A stretch of DNA of 59,657 nt, the filler included, from Pseudomonadota bacterium (GTDB lineage: Bacteria; Bdellovibrionota_F; JAHFAK01; JBDREC01), in the NCBI GenBank assembly GCA_043820105.1. It is 4 parts of 4 records of this genome, joined end to end, with 100 filler letters (N's around TTAATTAATTAA, not from the genome) between each part and the next. Parts side by side here need not be neighbours in the genome. Positions count along the whole stretch, not along the records: positions 9,500 to 23,726 come from JBDREC010000102.1; 3 more parts are not named here. One strand, written 5' to 3'. Both the position numbers and the translations under genes were made by a program. This document shows positions 9,400-22,453 of this stretch, piece by piece (positions within the stretch are counted from its first letter, which is position 1; each line of letters starts with the position of its first letter). The notes under the pieces were generated by a model. That model saw only the letters and a program-made list of their open reading frames with translations. It did not search any database and was not told the origin of the DNA.

Positions 9400-9499
9400 N
9401 NNNNNNNNNNNNNNNNNNNNNNNNNNNNNNNNNNNNNNNNNNNTTAATTAATTAANNNNNNNNNNNNNNNNNNNNNNNNNNNNNNNNNNNNNNNNNNNN
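9400..9499. other. Artificial assembly linker (N44-TTAATTAATTAA-N44)
   Basis: Ns plus six-frame stop spacer, identical three times. Confidence 0.98.
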
Positions 9500-10794
9500 A
9501 TAAGCATGAAAATAATAACCAAAATAGCTCCAATTAATAAAGCATTCTTTCCTTTCGTGATGGAGTCTTTTCCCAGACTTGGACCAACTGTTCTGTTTTC
9601 TTCAACAATAACAGGGGCTGGCAAAGAACCAGCTCGCAAAACAACTACTAAATCTGATGCTTCTTTAAACATATCTTCTGCATTCATTCCTGAACCTAAA
9701 GTAATTCTTGCTCTGCCTGAAGGAATCTTTTCGTTAATAATCGGTGCTGATGAAACATTGCCATCTAAGATAATTGCAAGTTGGTTTCCAACATTGGCTC
9801 CTGTAATTCTTCCAAAGATTTTAGCACCTTCTCTGTTGAATTCCATGGAAACAGCATATTGATTAAAACCAGTGTTATCCTGCATTACCCTTGCATCTTC
9901 AATAACTTCACCTGTTAATAGGGTTTTCTTTTGAATTAAATATGGTATTTTGGTAACTTCCCCAGTTGTTTTATCTCTTTCAATTTGATAGGCAATTTCG
10001 CAGCCTTCTGGGAGAGTTTCTTTCATAACATTATTTAAAGTTTTATTGTCATGTTCTTTTTCAAGCTTACCTTCTTTAATAGCTTTATCTATAGCTTTTT
10101 CTAAAGTAAGCCTATCCATTGTTTTATCAACGAGTTTAAATTCAAGTAGGGCTGTTCTTCTAATAATATTTAAAGCCCTGGCAGGATCTTTAACCCCTGG
10201 TAGTTGAACAAGTATTCTTTTATCGCCTTGAATTTGAATATTAGGTTCCGTAACGCCAAATTCATCAATTCTATTTCGAATTGTTTCAATTGCTTGATCA
10301 ATAGCTTGTTTCTTAATGCGATTTGCCCATTCTTCTTTAGGGGCAAGAACTATAAAATTATCACCTTTAGTTGAAGCCGTTTCATTATCAAAATCTAAAA
10401 TTTCAAAGTAATCATTTTTTATTTTGCTATAGCCTTTTTCCTGGGATTTGCCTGTAGCAAATTCTAAAATTATCTTCATCTCTATGCTATCAATATCAAC
10501 GTTCTTAACAAAAATGGAATCCTTTTTTAGATATTCCTTCATATTGTCGCCGATTCTGGTAATTTCATTCTCTAAGGCAACATTAACATCAACCCCCAAA
10601 ACAAGGTGAATTCCGCCTTGAAGATCTAGACCTAGTTTTATTAATTCTTTTGGAAAAAACGAACTTTCTGTATCTACAGTCGAAAAATCTGCTCCCATTT
10701 TATTCCAGTTTGTAATTGTTGGAATTAAATAGTAAACAGAAAATAATATGGCTATAATAACCAATGAGACCTTTGTCCACCACCACTTGGCCAT
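9500..10794 (-). CDS. secD: Protein translocase subunit SecD (3' truncated by gap)
   Basis: LGLDLQGG, RNRIDEFGVTEP, LRAGSLPAP, VGPSLG. Confidence 0.96.
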
Positions 10795-10815
10795 AACAAT
10801 CTCCTTTAATAAAAT

Positions 10816-11178
10816 TTATTTTTTATTGTTAGCATTTTGCTGTGCAGCCGGTTCAGAGCTTTCAATTTTACCAGAAGCTGCAACTGATGATTTTGATATC
10901 CTTATTCTAACATTATTTGCAATTTCTAAGGTAATGAATTCATCTGTAACGCCCGCTACTTTTCCGTATATTCCACCCGCTGTAATAACTTCATCTCCTC
11001 GTTTTAAAGCGCTAACAAAGTTTTGATGTGTTTTTTGCTTTTTTGTTTGAGGTCTTATTACAATAAAATAAAAAACTGCAATCATTAATATGATTGGTAA
11101 CAACATCTGTAACAATCCCGGGCTTTCTCCGCCAGCTTGACCATTTGATGCCATTGCATAAGCTACGTCTATAAACAT
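10816..11178 (-). CDS. yajC: Preprotein translocase subunit YajC
   Basis: FYFIVIRPQ, GDEVITAGGIYG; tgt-yajC-secD synteny. Confidence 0.96.
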   Translation of the reverse strand: MFIDVAYAMASNGQAGGESPGLLQMLLPIILMIAVFYFIVIRPQTKKQKTHQNFVSALKRGDEVITAGGIYGKVAGVTDEFITLEIANNVRIRISKSSVAASGKIESSEPAAQQNANNKK

Positions 11179-12278
11179 TTCTTAAATTCCTTATAAAAAT
11201 TATCAAAATTTTTAAACTCTATATTTTGCTGAATTTTTTTAATAAGTCCACTATAATAATGCAAATTATGCAAAGAATTTAAAATACATGCTGAAATTTC
11301 TTTTGCCATAAAAAGATGTCTTAAATATGATTTTGAGAAATTTTGACAGGTATAACAGGCACAATTTTCATCAAGCGGGCTATTGTCTTTTAAATATTTA
11401 TTATTTTTAATATTAACTGTGCCTTTTGAAGTAAACAAGGTGCCGTTTCTAGCGTTTCGCGTTGGCATTACACAGTCAAACATATCAATTCCAAATCGAA
11501 CACATTCAACTAGATCAAGAGGGGTACCAACTCCCATTAAATATCTTGGTTTATTTGTTGGCAATAGTTTTGCGGTAAGCTCTGCAATTCTATACATGTC
11601 TTCTTTTGCTTCTCCAACTGATAAGCCCCCAATTGAATAAGCATCAAAATCAAGCTCACATAAACCCTTAGCTGAAACTTTTCGAAATTCTTCTGAAACA
11701 CCACCTTGAACGATTCCAAATAAAGTTTGTCTTTCATCGCAAACCTTTTTAAACTCAATTTGTGATCTTTCGGCCCATCTCAAGCTAAGATTAGTAGAAT
11801 TTAATACATATTCATCTTCATTTGGCAGGCTTACACATTCATCAAGCTGCATCATAAAATCAGAACCCAGGTCCTTTTGGATATTCACAACCTTTTCAGG
11901 TGTAAAAAAATGCCTTGAACCATCAATATGAGAGGCAAATTCTACCCCATTTTCTGAAAGTTTTTTTAAAGCAGCCAAAGAATGAACCTGAAAACCACCA
12001 GAATCAGTTGCAATATGACCATTCCAGCCTACAAATTTATGCAACCCTCCTTGAGATTTTATTACATCAGAACCCGGTCTTAAGTATAAATGATAAGTAT
12101 TACTGATAAAAATATTAAACCCAGCTCCTGTAAGATCTCTAGGCAAAATCGCCTTAACAGACCCAGCTGTCGAAACAGGCATAAAAAGGGGCGTTTTAAC
12201 TTTACCACGAGAAGTTTCAATTGTGCCTGTCCTGGCTTTGGAATGAGGATCTTTTGCATCAATCGTAAAATTCAGCAT
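11169..12278 (-). CDS. tgt: Queuine tRNA-ribosyltransferase
   Basis: NTYHLYLRPG, TDSGGFQV, DMFDCVMPTR, CACYTC zinc motif. Confidence 0.97.
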   Translation of the reverse strand: MLNFTIDAKDPHSKARTGTIETSRGKVKTPLFMPVSTAGSVKAILPRDLTGAGFNIFISNTYHLYLRPGSDVIKSQGGLHKFVGWNGHIATDSGGFQVHSLAALKKLSENGVEFASHIDGSRHFFTPEKVVNIQKDLGSDFMMQLDECVSLPNEDEYVLNSTNLSLRWAERSQIEFKKVCDERQTLFGIVQGGVSEEFRKVSAKGLCELDFDAYSIGGLSVGEAKEDMYRIAELTAKLLPTNKPRYLMGVGTPLDLVECVRFGIDMFDCVMPTRNARNGTLFTSKGTVNIKNNKYLKDNSPLDENCACYTCQNFSKSYLRHLFMAKEISACILNSLHNLHYYSGLIKKIQQNIEFKNFDNFYKEFKKCL

Positions 12279-12292
12279 ATTTTTGTATTCAC

Positions 12293-12331
12293 ATTAATTA
12301 TTATTTATTAATTATTGATTATTATTTATTT
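12293..12331. repeat. ATTAATT/ATTGATT array just upstream of tgt start
   Basis: Direct reading. Confidence 0.75.
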
Positions 12332-12398
12332 CAAAAAACCGTTACCTATCTATAATCATTTGAAATATCAAGGAAAAAGTTGATTGCAAAGTGTTATG

Positions 12399-12434
12399 GA
12401 GAACAAGAGCGCAGGAGAACAAGGGAACAAGGGA
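12399..12434 (+). repeat. Octamer array GAGAACAA GAGCGCAG GAGAACAA GGGAACAA downstream of queA
   Basis: 8-bp periodicity; inverted relative to 13536-13583. Confidence 0.88.
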
Positions 12435-12459
12435 GATCAAGAAGTCGTTTCAGGTTGTA

Positions 12460-13536
12460 TTATAGGATTAGCATACAATCCCCATAAGAAAAAAGCCGAT
12501 ATTTTTCACGAATTGCTTCTTCATAAGCATTTTGCATGAGCTTTTGAGATGCAAATGCTGAGACCATGATAAAAAGGGAGGATTTGGGTTGGTGAAAGTT
12601 TGTTAAAAGACCACCTACTGCCTTAAATTCATATCCTGGATAAATGTACATTTCTGTCTTATTCCAAGAATCTAGTTTTGCTTCTTTATTAGTAAAAAAG
12701 CTTTCAATAGTTCTAACTGATGTGGTACCTATTGCTATTATTTTATTTCTATTTTCTTTGGCAATTTTGATAGCATCATATGTGGGTGTTGAAATAAAAT
12801 ATTCCTCATAATGCATTTTGTGTTCTAATATATTTTCACTTCTAACTGGCAAAAATGTTCCAATACCAACATTTAATGTAACAGGATGCATTTTAATGTT
12901 TTTTTCTTTTAATATATTAAGAATATTTTCAGTGAAATGCAGGCCAGCAGTTGGAGCAGCGCAAGCAAGACCTTTTTGAGCATAGACAGTTTGATATCTT
13001 GAGCCATCAAGATCTTTATCATAATCGCGTTTCAAATATGGTGGGATTGGCATTTGACCAAAATAATCTATCCAATTTAAATGATATTCTATAAAATCTT
13101 TATTTATTGAGTTTTCATAAGTGGAATTGCTGTGATCAAAATATATTTGATAGGACATATTTACTTTTTCTTTTATTACAATCACTGTTGTATTATCTTC
13201 AAGTATTAAGTTTTCATCTTTTCGTAAACTTCTTGAAGAATTTACCATTGCCTCCCAAAGCCTATCATTTTGATTTATTTGCTTTAATAAAAGGATTTCA
13301 ACTTTTCCACCTGTTTGTCTTTTTGCAAAAAAACGAACCTTTTCAACCCTCACATCATTATAAACAATTATATCATTTTCATTAATATAGTTTGGAAATT
13401 GTTTAAACGTATTGTGTGAAAAAGACTGGTTTTCTCTATCAACAATAAGCATTTTAGAATCATCACGGTTTTTATTAGGATATTTAGCGATAAGCTCTTC
13501 TGGAAACATATAATTATAATTTTTAATATTATTCAT
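12460..13536 (-). CDS. queA: S-adenosylmethionine:tRNA ribosyltransferase-isomerase
   Basis: PIPPY, YQTVYA, AAPTAGLHF, GTTSVR, TNFHQP, YRLFSYGD. Confidence 0.97.
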   Translation of the reverse strand: MNNIKNYNYMFPEELIAKYPNKNRDDSKMLIVDRENQSFSHNTFKQFPNYINENDIIVYNDVRVEKVRFFAKRQTGGKVEILLLKQINQNDRLWEAMVNSSRSLRKDENLILEDNTTVIVIKEKVNMSYQIYFDHSNSTYENSINKDFIEYHLNWIDYFGQMPIPPYLKRDYDKDLDGSRYQTVYAQKGLACAAPTAGLHFTENILNILKEKNIKMHPVTLNVGIGTFLPVRSENILEHKMHYEEYFISTPTYDAIKIAKENRNKIIAIGTTSVRTIESFFTNKEAKLDSWNKTEMYIYPGYEFKAVGGLLTNFHQPKSSLFIMVSAFASQKLMQNAYEEAIREKYRLFSYGDCMLIL

Positions 13537-13583
13537 TGTTCTCTTGTTCCCTTGCGCTCTTGTTCTCTTATTCCCTTGTTCTC
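13536..13583 (-). repeat. Six-unit octamer array (GAGAACAA/GGGAACAA/GAGCGCAA) forming the whole spacer before the queA ATG
   Basis: Runs from the upstream TAG into the ATG. Confidence 0.92.
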
Positions 13584-14893
13584 TATTTTTCTTCTTTCAA
13601 AGATCCAAGCGACTCCTGCAACTTATCCAAGTCTTTTTTATATTTTATTGATTCAATCATTTTACTCTTATTATCAGAAGCTACTGATAAAGAAAGTTCT
13701 TTTAAGACTTCAAGAAACTCTTTTATCTTTTTATTTAACAATGAATATTCATTGGTTTTTTGAATAATTATTTTATCTTTTTTAGAAAGCTTTTCAATAT
13801 AGGATTTATAGAATCCAAAATCTTGTTTTAATTGCACTTCTAATTTATTAAGATTACCTAAACTATTCTTTCCTTCTAAAATATTTTCAGAAACAAAATC
13901 TAAAGCTTCGCTAATTTTTCCATTTAAATCTGACTCTTTTATTTCATTTTTTAGAGTTAGAATTAAGATATCCATACTATTTAATTTATTTTCAATTATT
14001 AGTTTATTATTATCAATTCCTTTAAAAATAATTTCAAGTTGTTCAAATCCTTTTGATAAGTTAAGCATTTGATCAATATCCATTTTTAGGCTTTTTGTAA
14101 GGTTTGCAAAAAATTGATCACATTTTTCATTATAAACATTTATATCATTAAATTTATTTTTCATGTTTCTTATTTCCAAGAAACTTCTTTCTGCATCCTT
14201 TGCATGATCAATTGTTTTGGAAATCAACTCATTGCCAAGAGTTGTACCGCTCTCATGGACTTCGTTACTTTTTCTTGTTAGTAATTTAAGTTTTTTAATA
14301 ATATCTGCCAAAACTTCCACAAGTTCATTTAATGGATTTTGATATGGGCCTGGAATTAGTTCAGCGCTTTCCTGGCGTATGATTTCATTAATTTGGTCTT
14401 TTAATAAGGCAATATCTCCAATGAGATTTCTTGATACATCTTGATATTTAATATTTTTTTCAATTAAATCTGAAATGGAAACCATTGATCTTTCAAGGTC
14501 CTCAATTTCATCTGATGTGAAAATAAAATATTCCTTAATATAATTAAGGTTAAGCAGCGAGCTTGCATGATTCCTAATTAGTTTTATTGGAATAATTACT
14601 CTGAAGTAGATGTATAATAAGGAAAAGAATAATAATATTAAAAAAACAAAAGAAGTAATAACAATATTTTTTCTAACTGATAAAACTAAAACTTTTGAAA
14701 TTGAATATGTTTTTTCAAGATTTTCTTCACTGGTATCTTCAATTTTTAATGAATCAATGGCTCTTTGAGCTTCAACATAAGAAAAGTAACTCAAAGTAAG
14801 CAAGGTTCCCACTGTAATAATACTTGTAAAAATCACCGGCAATAATAACTTAATAAATAACCTTTTCTTATATTTCCTTTTTTTCTGCGTCAT
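13583..14893 (-). CDS. Membrane protein with two TM helices, HAMP-like linker and long coiled coil (degenerate chemoreceptor-like)
   Basis: TM-loop-TM, PIKLI...DEIEDL HAMP pattern, helical C-terminus. Confidence 0.65.
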   Translation of the reverse strand: MTQKKRKYKKRLFIKLLLPVIFTSIITVGTLLTLSYFSYVEAQRAIDSLKIEDTSEENLEKTYSISKVLVLSVRKNIVITSFVFLILLFFSLLYIYFRVIIPIKLIRNHASSLLNLNYIKEYFIFTSDEIEDLERSMVSISDLIEKNIKYQDVSRNLIGDIALLKDQINEIIRQESAELIPGPYQNPLNELVEVLADIIKKLKLLTRKSNEVHESGTTLGNELISKTIDHAKDAERSFLEIRNMKNKFNDINVYNEKCDQFFANLTKSLKMDIDQMLNLSKGFEQLEIIFKGIDNNKLIIENKLNSMDILILTLKNEIKESDLNGKISEALDFVSENILEGKNSLGNLNKLEVQLKQDFGFYKSYIEKLSKKDKIIIQKTNEYSLLNKKIKEFLEVLKELSLSVASDNKSKMIESIKYKKDLDKLQESLGSLKEEK

Positions 14894-14908
14894 TTTCTTC
14901 CTAAACCA

Positions 14909-14946
14909 TTAATTATTAATTATTATTTATTGATTATTAATTATTC
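14909..14946. repeat. 38-bp AT-rich heptamer-based element downstream of serS
   Basis: 36/38 identical to 16247-16284. Confidence 0.82.
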
Positions 14947-14949
14947 TCA

Positions 14950-16221
14950 TTATTTAGGCTCTATCACCTCTATCCCCATCATATAAGGCCTCAAAACCTC
15001 AGGCACAACAACAGAGCCATCTTTTTGCTGATTCATTTCCAAAATTGGTATCAATATTCTTGGAGAAGCAATAGCTGTATTATTTAAGGTATGGACGAAT
15101 CTTATTTTTCCTTCTTTATCTCTATATCTTATGTTAAGCCGTCTTGCCTGGAACTCGTGTAATGTTGAGCATGAGTGAGTTTCACAATAAAAGTTCCTTG
15201 AAGGCATCCATGTTTCAATTTCATGCTTCATAACTTGCCCAAGTCCGATTTCTCCCGTACAAGCTAAAGCAACTCTATATGGAAGTTTTAAGGCCTGCAT
15301 TATTTCTTCTGCATTGTTTAAAATAAAATTATGTTCTTTTTCTGATCCCTCAATACAGTTTTTAGAAATTACGACTTGTTCAACTTTTGTAAATTGATGA
15401 ACCCTGTAAAAACCTTTTGTGTCTTTTCCATAACTTCCGGCTTCTCTTCTAAAACATGGCGATAATCCAACAAATCTTAAAGGAAGTTCGTCTTCTGATA
15501 ATATTTCATTGAGTCGGGTTGAAACCAAAGAAACTTCACTAGTCCCAACGAGATTTAATTCATCTTTCTCCATTCTATAAGTATCTTCTACACCTAATGG
15601 AAAAAAGCCTGTTCCAAACATTGCAATATCTTTTACCAAAACAGGAACATGATGATAAGAAAAGCCCTTTTTAATTATATGCTCAACAACATATCTGCAA
15701 ATTGCTTGTTCTAAAAGCGCTCCTTCATTTTTTAATAAATATGATCTTCCCCCTGCAAACTTAGAAGCTCTTTCAAAGTCAACAATATCAAGCGAATGCG
15801 CAAGCTCTATATGATCTTTTAGTTCAAAATCAAACTCTGGAATTTCACCGACTTTTCGCAGTTCAACATTATCTTCATCAGAAACTCCTTCAGGTACAGA
15901 GGGATGAGGTATGCCAGGAACCATTAACATTATATCATTTATTTGATTTTCATATTCTTTTAATTCGGGCTCTAGCCCTTCAAGACTTTGTTTTAATTCT
16001 TTACCTTGGCTTATAGCTTCTTGCCTTTTTTCAGGAGAAAGTGTGCCAATGCTTTTTGCAATAATATTTCTTTTATTTCTAATCTCTTCAACTTCACCAA
16101 GTAATTTTCTTCTTTTTTCATCAATATTAATTAGCTTATCAACATCTACTTTAATTCTTTTTTTCCTAGCAGCTTCTTTAACAATTTCAACATTTCCCCT
16201 AATAAAATTAATATCAAGCAT
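14950..16221 (-). CDS. serS: Seryl-tRNA synthetase
   Basis: MLDINFIR, GTSEV, CFRREAGS, RVHQFTKVEQ, HTLNNT. Confidence 0.97.
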   Translation of the reverse strand: MLDINFIRGNVEIVKEAARKKRIKVDVDKLINIDEKRRKLLGEVEEIRNKRNIIAKSIGTLSPEKRQEAISQGKELKQSLEGLEPELKEYENQINDIMLMVPGIPHPSVPEGVSDEDNVELRKVGEIPEFDFELKDHIELAHSLDIVDFERASKFAGGRSYLLKNEGALLEQAICRYVVEHIIKKGFSYHHVPVLVKDIAMFGTGFFPLGVEDTYRMEKDELNLVGTSEVSLVSTRLNEILSEDELPLRFVGLSPCFRREAGSYGKDTKGFYRVHQFTKVEQVVISKNCIEGSEKEHNFILNNAEEIMQALKLPYRVALACTGEIGLGQVMKHEIETWMPSRNFYCETHSCSTLHEFQARRLNIRYRDKEGKIRFVHTLNNTAIASPRILIPILEMNQQKDGSVVVPEVLRPYMMGIEVIEPK

Positions 16222-16246
16222 TTTCAGGCCTTCCTAATTTATTTTG

Positions 16247-16284
16247 TTAATTATTAATTATTATTTATTAGTTATTAATTATTC
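16247..16284. repeat. 38-bp AT-rich heptamer-based element upstream of serS, overlapping the gyrA stop
   Basis: Direct repeat of 14909-14946. Confidence 0.82.
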
Positions 16285-18708
16285 ACACTCTTCATCTTCT
16301 TTAGCTATAGCAATATCTGTAACCAGCTCATTCTTATTAACACTAATCAACTTAACCCCTTGAGTATTTCTTCCTATTGTTGAAATATCTTGTACTCGCA
16401 TCTTAATAAGCTTTCCGCCATTTGTAATGATCATAATTCTATCTTTATCAAAAACAGAGGCTGTTCCAACGACATGTCCATTTTTTTCTGTAACTTTAAT
16501 TGTAAATATTCCTGTTCCGCCTCTGGATTGAATTCTATAATGTTGAAGCAGAGTGCACTTGCCAAAACCCTTTTCTGTAACAGTCAAAATCTTTGAATCA
16601 GCATCAAGAATTTCCATTCCAACTACTTTATCATCCTTTTTAAGATTAATACCTTTTACACCAGCAGCTGTGCGACCCATTGGCCTAACACCAGCTTCTT
16701 TAAACCTAATAGACATTCCATTTCTGGTTGTAATGAAAATATCTTGCTTTCCATTTGTGAGATCAGCTGACATTAGTTGATCATCATCTTTAATATTAAG
16801 AGCAATAATACCGCCAGATCTCGGATTTGAAAAACTCATGAGATCTGTTTTCTTTATTATTCCTTTTTTGGTGAGCATTACAATATAACTACCTTCTGTG
16901 AATTCTCTAACTGTTAATATTGCTGAAATTATTTCACCTTCAGAAAGATTTAAAAGATTAACAATTGGCTTTCCTTTGGCTATTCTTGCTCCTTCTGGAA
17001 TATTGTGAACTTTTAACCAATAAAGTTTTCCTCTATTTGTAATAGCCAAAATATATGAATGCATGGATGCAATGAATAGATTTTTCAAGAAGTCTTCATC
17101 CTTGGTTGTCATACCTGTCACGCCTTTTCCGCCCCTTTTTTGACTCTTAAAGGAAGATATGCTATTTCTTTTTATATATCCAGTATGAGAAATTGTAACA
17201 ACCATTTCCTCATCTTGAATTAGGTCCTCTAAGCTCATATCTTTAATTTCAGATGTTATTTCAGTTCTTCGATCGTCATTATATAATTTTTTTATAGCTA
17301 TAAGCTCTTCTTTTATTATATTAAATAAGAGTTTTTCATCTGCTAAAATTTCTTTATATTCTTTTATTTTCTGAATTACTTCTTCATATTCAGTAACTAG
17401 TTTATCTTGTTCAAGACCTGTGAGTCTATGTAATCTCATATCTAAGATTGCTTGAGATTGTTTATCTGATAAATCAAAACGTTTTATTAATTTTTCTTTT
17501 GCAACTTTTGCATCTGCTGATTTTTTTATAATTTCGATAACTTCATCAATATTTTCAATGGCTATTTTTAAACCTTCTAATATATGAAGCCTTGCTTCTG
17601 CTTTTTTAAGTTCAAAAATTGTTCGTCTAGTTACAATCTCTTTTCTATGTTCAACAAAATAGACTAAAACTTCTTTTAAATTTAACACCCTTGGCATTTT
17701 GTCCACAATAGCTAACATGATAATACCGAAAGTAGATTCAAGAGCTGTATGTTTAAAAAGTTGATTTAAAATAACTGTTGAGATAATATCTTTTTTAAGC
17801 TCAATAACCATTCTCATTCCGGTTCTATCAGACTCATCTCTAATATCTGAAATACCTTCAATCTTTTTATCTTTAGCAAGCTCTGCTATTTTTTCAACTA
17901 ATCTGGCTTTATTTACTTGATAAGGAAGCTCTGTAATAACAATTCTTTCCCTATCATTTATTCCCATTGGCTCAACGTTTGCCTTTCCACGCATTCTTAC
18001 AATACCGCGACCTGTTTTATAGGCACTAACTATTCCATCTTTACCGCAAATATAACCGCCTGTTGGAAAATCAGGGCCAGGAACTATTTTAATTAAATCT
18101 TTTATTTCACAATCTGCATTATCAATTAAATAAATAATAGCATCAACAATTTCACCAAGATTATGAGGAGGAATATTTGTTGCCATACCTACTGCTATTC
18201 CTGAAGATCCATTTATTAACAGATTTGGAAGCTTAGATGGCAAAACAGAAGGTTCAAAAAGTGATTCATCATAGTTTGGTGTAAAATCAACTGTTTCTTT
18301 GTCAAGATCTTCCAGCATTTCTGACGCAATTCTATCCAGGCGAACTTCTGTATACCTCATAGCAGCAGGTGAATCGCCATCAACTGAGCCAAAATTACCC
18401 TGGCCATCTACAAGTGGATATCTTAAAGAAAAATCCTGAGCCATTCTAACAATAGTATCATAAACAGCTGTATCTCCATGGGGGTGATACTTACCAATTA
18501 CATCACCAACTACACGTGCGGATTTTTTATAGGATTTATTCCAGTAATTATTCATTTCGCTCATAGCGTACATAACACGCCTATGAACAGGTTTAAAGCC
18601 ATCTCTGACATCTGGTAATGCTCGACCTACAATAACACTCATTGCATAGCTCATGTATGAGGTCTTCATTTCATCTTCAATATTAACTCTTATGAGGTTT
18701 GTTTCCAT
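16279..18708 (-). CDS. gyrA: DNA gyrase subunit A
   Basis: YHPHGD, AAMRYTE, GyrA-box QKRGGKG. Confidence 0.98.
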   Translation of the reverse strand: METNLIRVNIEDEMKTSYMSYAMSVIVGRALPDVRDGFKPVHRRVMYAMSEMNNYWNKSYKKSARVVGDVIGKYHPHGDTAVYDTIVRMAQDFSLRYPLVDGQGNFGSVDGDSPAAMRYTEVRLDRIASEMLEDLDKETVDFTPNYDESLFEPSVLPSKLPNLLINGSSGIAVGMATNIPPHNLGEIVDAIIYLIDNADCEIKDLIKIVPGPDFPTGGYICGKDGIVSAYKTGRGIVRMRGKANVEPMGINDRERIVITELPYQVNKARLVEKIAELAKDKKIEGISDIRDESDRTGMRMVIELKKDIISTVILNQLFKHTALESTFGIIMLAIVDKMPRVLNLKEVLVYFVEHRKEIVTRRTIFELKKAEARLHILEGLKIAIENIDEVIEIIKKSADAKVAKEKLIKRFDLSDKQSQAILDMRLHRLTGLEQDKLVTEYEEVIQKIKEYKEILADEKLLFNIIKEELIAIKKLYNDDRRTEITSEIKDMSLEDLIQDEEMVVTISHTGYIKRNSISSFKSQKRGGKGVTGMTTKDEDFLKNLFIASMHSYILAITNRGKLYWLKVHNIPEGARIAKGKPIVNLLNLSEGEIISAILTVREFTEGSYIVMLTKKGIIKKTDLMSFSNPRSGGIIALNIKDDDQLMSADLTNGKQDIFITTRNGMSIRFKEAGVRPMGRTAAGVKGINLKKDDKVVGMEILDADSKILTVTEKGFGKCTLLQHYRIQSRGGTGIFTIKVTEKNGHVVGTASVFDKDRIMIITNGGKLIKMRVQDISTIGRNTQGVKLISVNKNELVTDIAIAKEDEECE

Positions 18709-18727
18709 CTATTTTTAATCCTTTAAA

Positions 18728-18796
18728 AATAATTGAGAATTGATTATTAATTATTGATTATTTTAATCCTCAATAATCAATGGTTAATGGTCAATT
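18728..18796. repeat. Inverted pair of ATTGATT / TCAATAA-type heptamer arrays between gyrB and gyrA
   Basis: 18728-18762 and 18770-18796 are in opposite orientation. Confidence 0.75.
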
Positions 18797-18809
18797 TAAC
18801 TCTAAAATT

Positions 18810-21227
<2,418 letters not shown>

Positions 21228-21280
21228 TTACTTATCCTTAATTGAAAAAATTGACCCATATTTTACACTAAAAAACTATC

Positions 21281-22369
21281 TTATGTCACCTGTAAAAAGG
21301 CGAATTTAGAAGAAAATTTATTTTTTTTATATGTGTCAATTTCAGTGGTTGTACATAAAACTTGAATATCTAAATCAGCTAAAATTGAAGATAACCTATC
21401 TCTTTTTATAATATCAAGCTCAGCTCCTAAATCATCCCATAAAAATATGGGTTTATTGTTAAAATTGTTTCTCAAAATATATAATTCTGCTAGTTTTAAT
21501 AAGACAGCTAGCTCCTTTGTTTCACCCTGTGAAGTAAAAAACCTGGCTTCCTTATTATTTCTAATAAAAATTATATCATCTCTATGAGGACCAATTAAAG
21601 ATTTTTGTCTAATTACTTCTTTTTCCTTAAGCTTATCAAAAAGCAGCTTAAAAGCTTCTTTATTTTCCCAATAATTGAAATCAAATTCCTTGTTTTCATA
21701 ATAGTTCACATTTATTTTGAGATCATCATAATATTTTAATAAAATTTCATTTAGATTAAGGTTTAATAATTCAACATATTTAAGTCGTTTTTCTAATAAT
21801 TTTGAAGAATATGTAAAAAGCTGTTCATTCCAAATATAAATTTCATCAAAAGAACATGATCTTTGATAAATTCTTATTAAAACAGCATTTCTATTTTTAA
21901 CAATTTTTTTATATATTAGAAGATCTTTTAAATAAATATTATCTAATCTGGAAAGAGCTGAGTCTATAAAATTTCTTCTTTCTTGCGGAGATCCTTTAAT
22001 TGTCCAAAAGTCATTTGGAGCAGATAAAACAATGGGAGTATTTTTTATAGAATTTGTTATGCTTCTTTCAATATTACCATTTATCAGAAATTTCTTTTGT
22101 TTTCCATTAAATATAGAATTGTATTGGGTATCGCCAAATGAATGATTTGCATGAACTTCTATATCAAAACCATCCCTACCTTCTTTTATTAAATGATCTT
22201 TATTTTTTGTTCTAAATGAGGTTTGATGAAAATTATAATAAACAGCTTCAATAATATTTGTTTTTCCAATTCCATTTAAACCCCAAAAAAAGTTAACACC
22301 TTTTTGCAGATTTAATGAAAGGTTTTCATGATTTCTGAAATTTTTTATATTTATAGTTTTTATAATCAA
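21281..22369 (-). CDS. recF: DNA replication/repair protein RecF
   Basis: GLNGIGKTN, GPHRDD, SQGE; between dnaN and gyrB. Confidence 0.93.
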   Translation of the reverse strand: MIIKTINIKNFRNHENLSLNLQKGVNFFWGLNGIGKTNIIEAVYYNFHQTSFRTKNKDHLIKEGRDGFDIEVHANHSFGDTQYNSIFNGKQKKFLINGNIERSITNSIKNTPIVLSAPNDFWTIKGSPQERRNFIDSALSRLDNIYLKDLLIYKKIVKNRNAVLIRIYQRSCSFDEIYIWNEQLFTYSSKLLEKRLKYVELLNLNLNEILLKYYDDLKINVNYYENKEFDFNYWENKEAFKLLFDKLKEKEVIRQKSLIGPHRDDIIFIRNNKEARFFTSQGETKELAVLLKLAELYILRNNFNNKPIFLWDDLGAELDIIKRDRLSSILADLDIQVLCTTTEIDTYKKNKFSSKFAFLQVT

Positions 22370-22400
22370 CGTTTAGTCTCATTTTAAGAATGATTTATTA

Positions 22401-22435
22401 CTGTACGCCGTACTCTGTACGCAGTACGCTGTACC
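22401..22435. repeat. Heptamer array (CTGTACG-like)x5 with palindromic GTAC core between dnaN and recF
   Basis: CTGTACG CCGTACT CTGTACG CAGTACG CTGTACC. Confidence 0.88.
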
Positions 22436-22453
22436 AAAGGATTTATTAAACTC

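Noticed and set aside
9444-9455. TTAATTAATTAA palindrome, repeated at 23771 and 39275
   Set aside because: Centred in N-runs; an artificial six-frame-stop linker, not biology.
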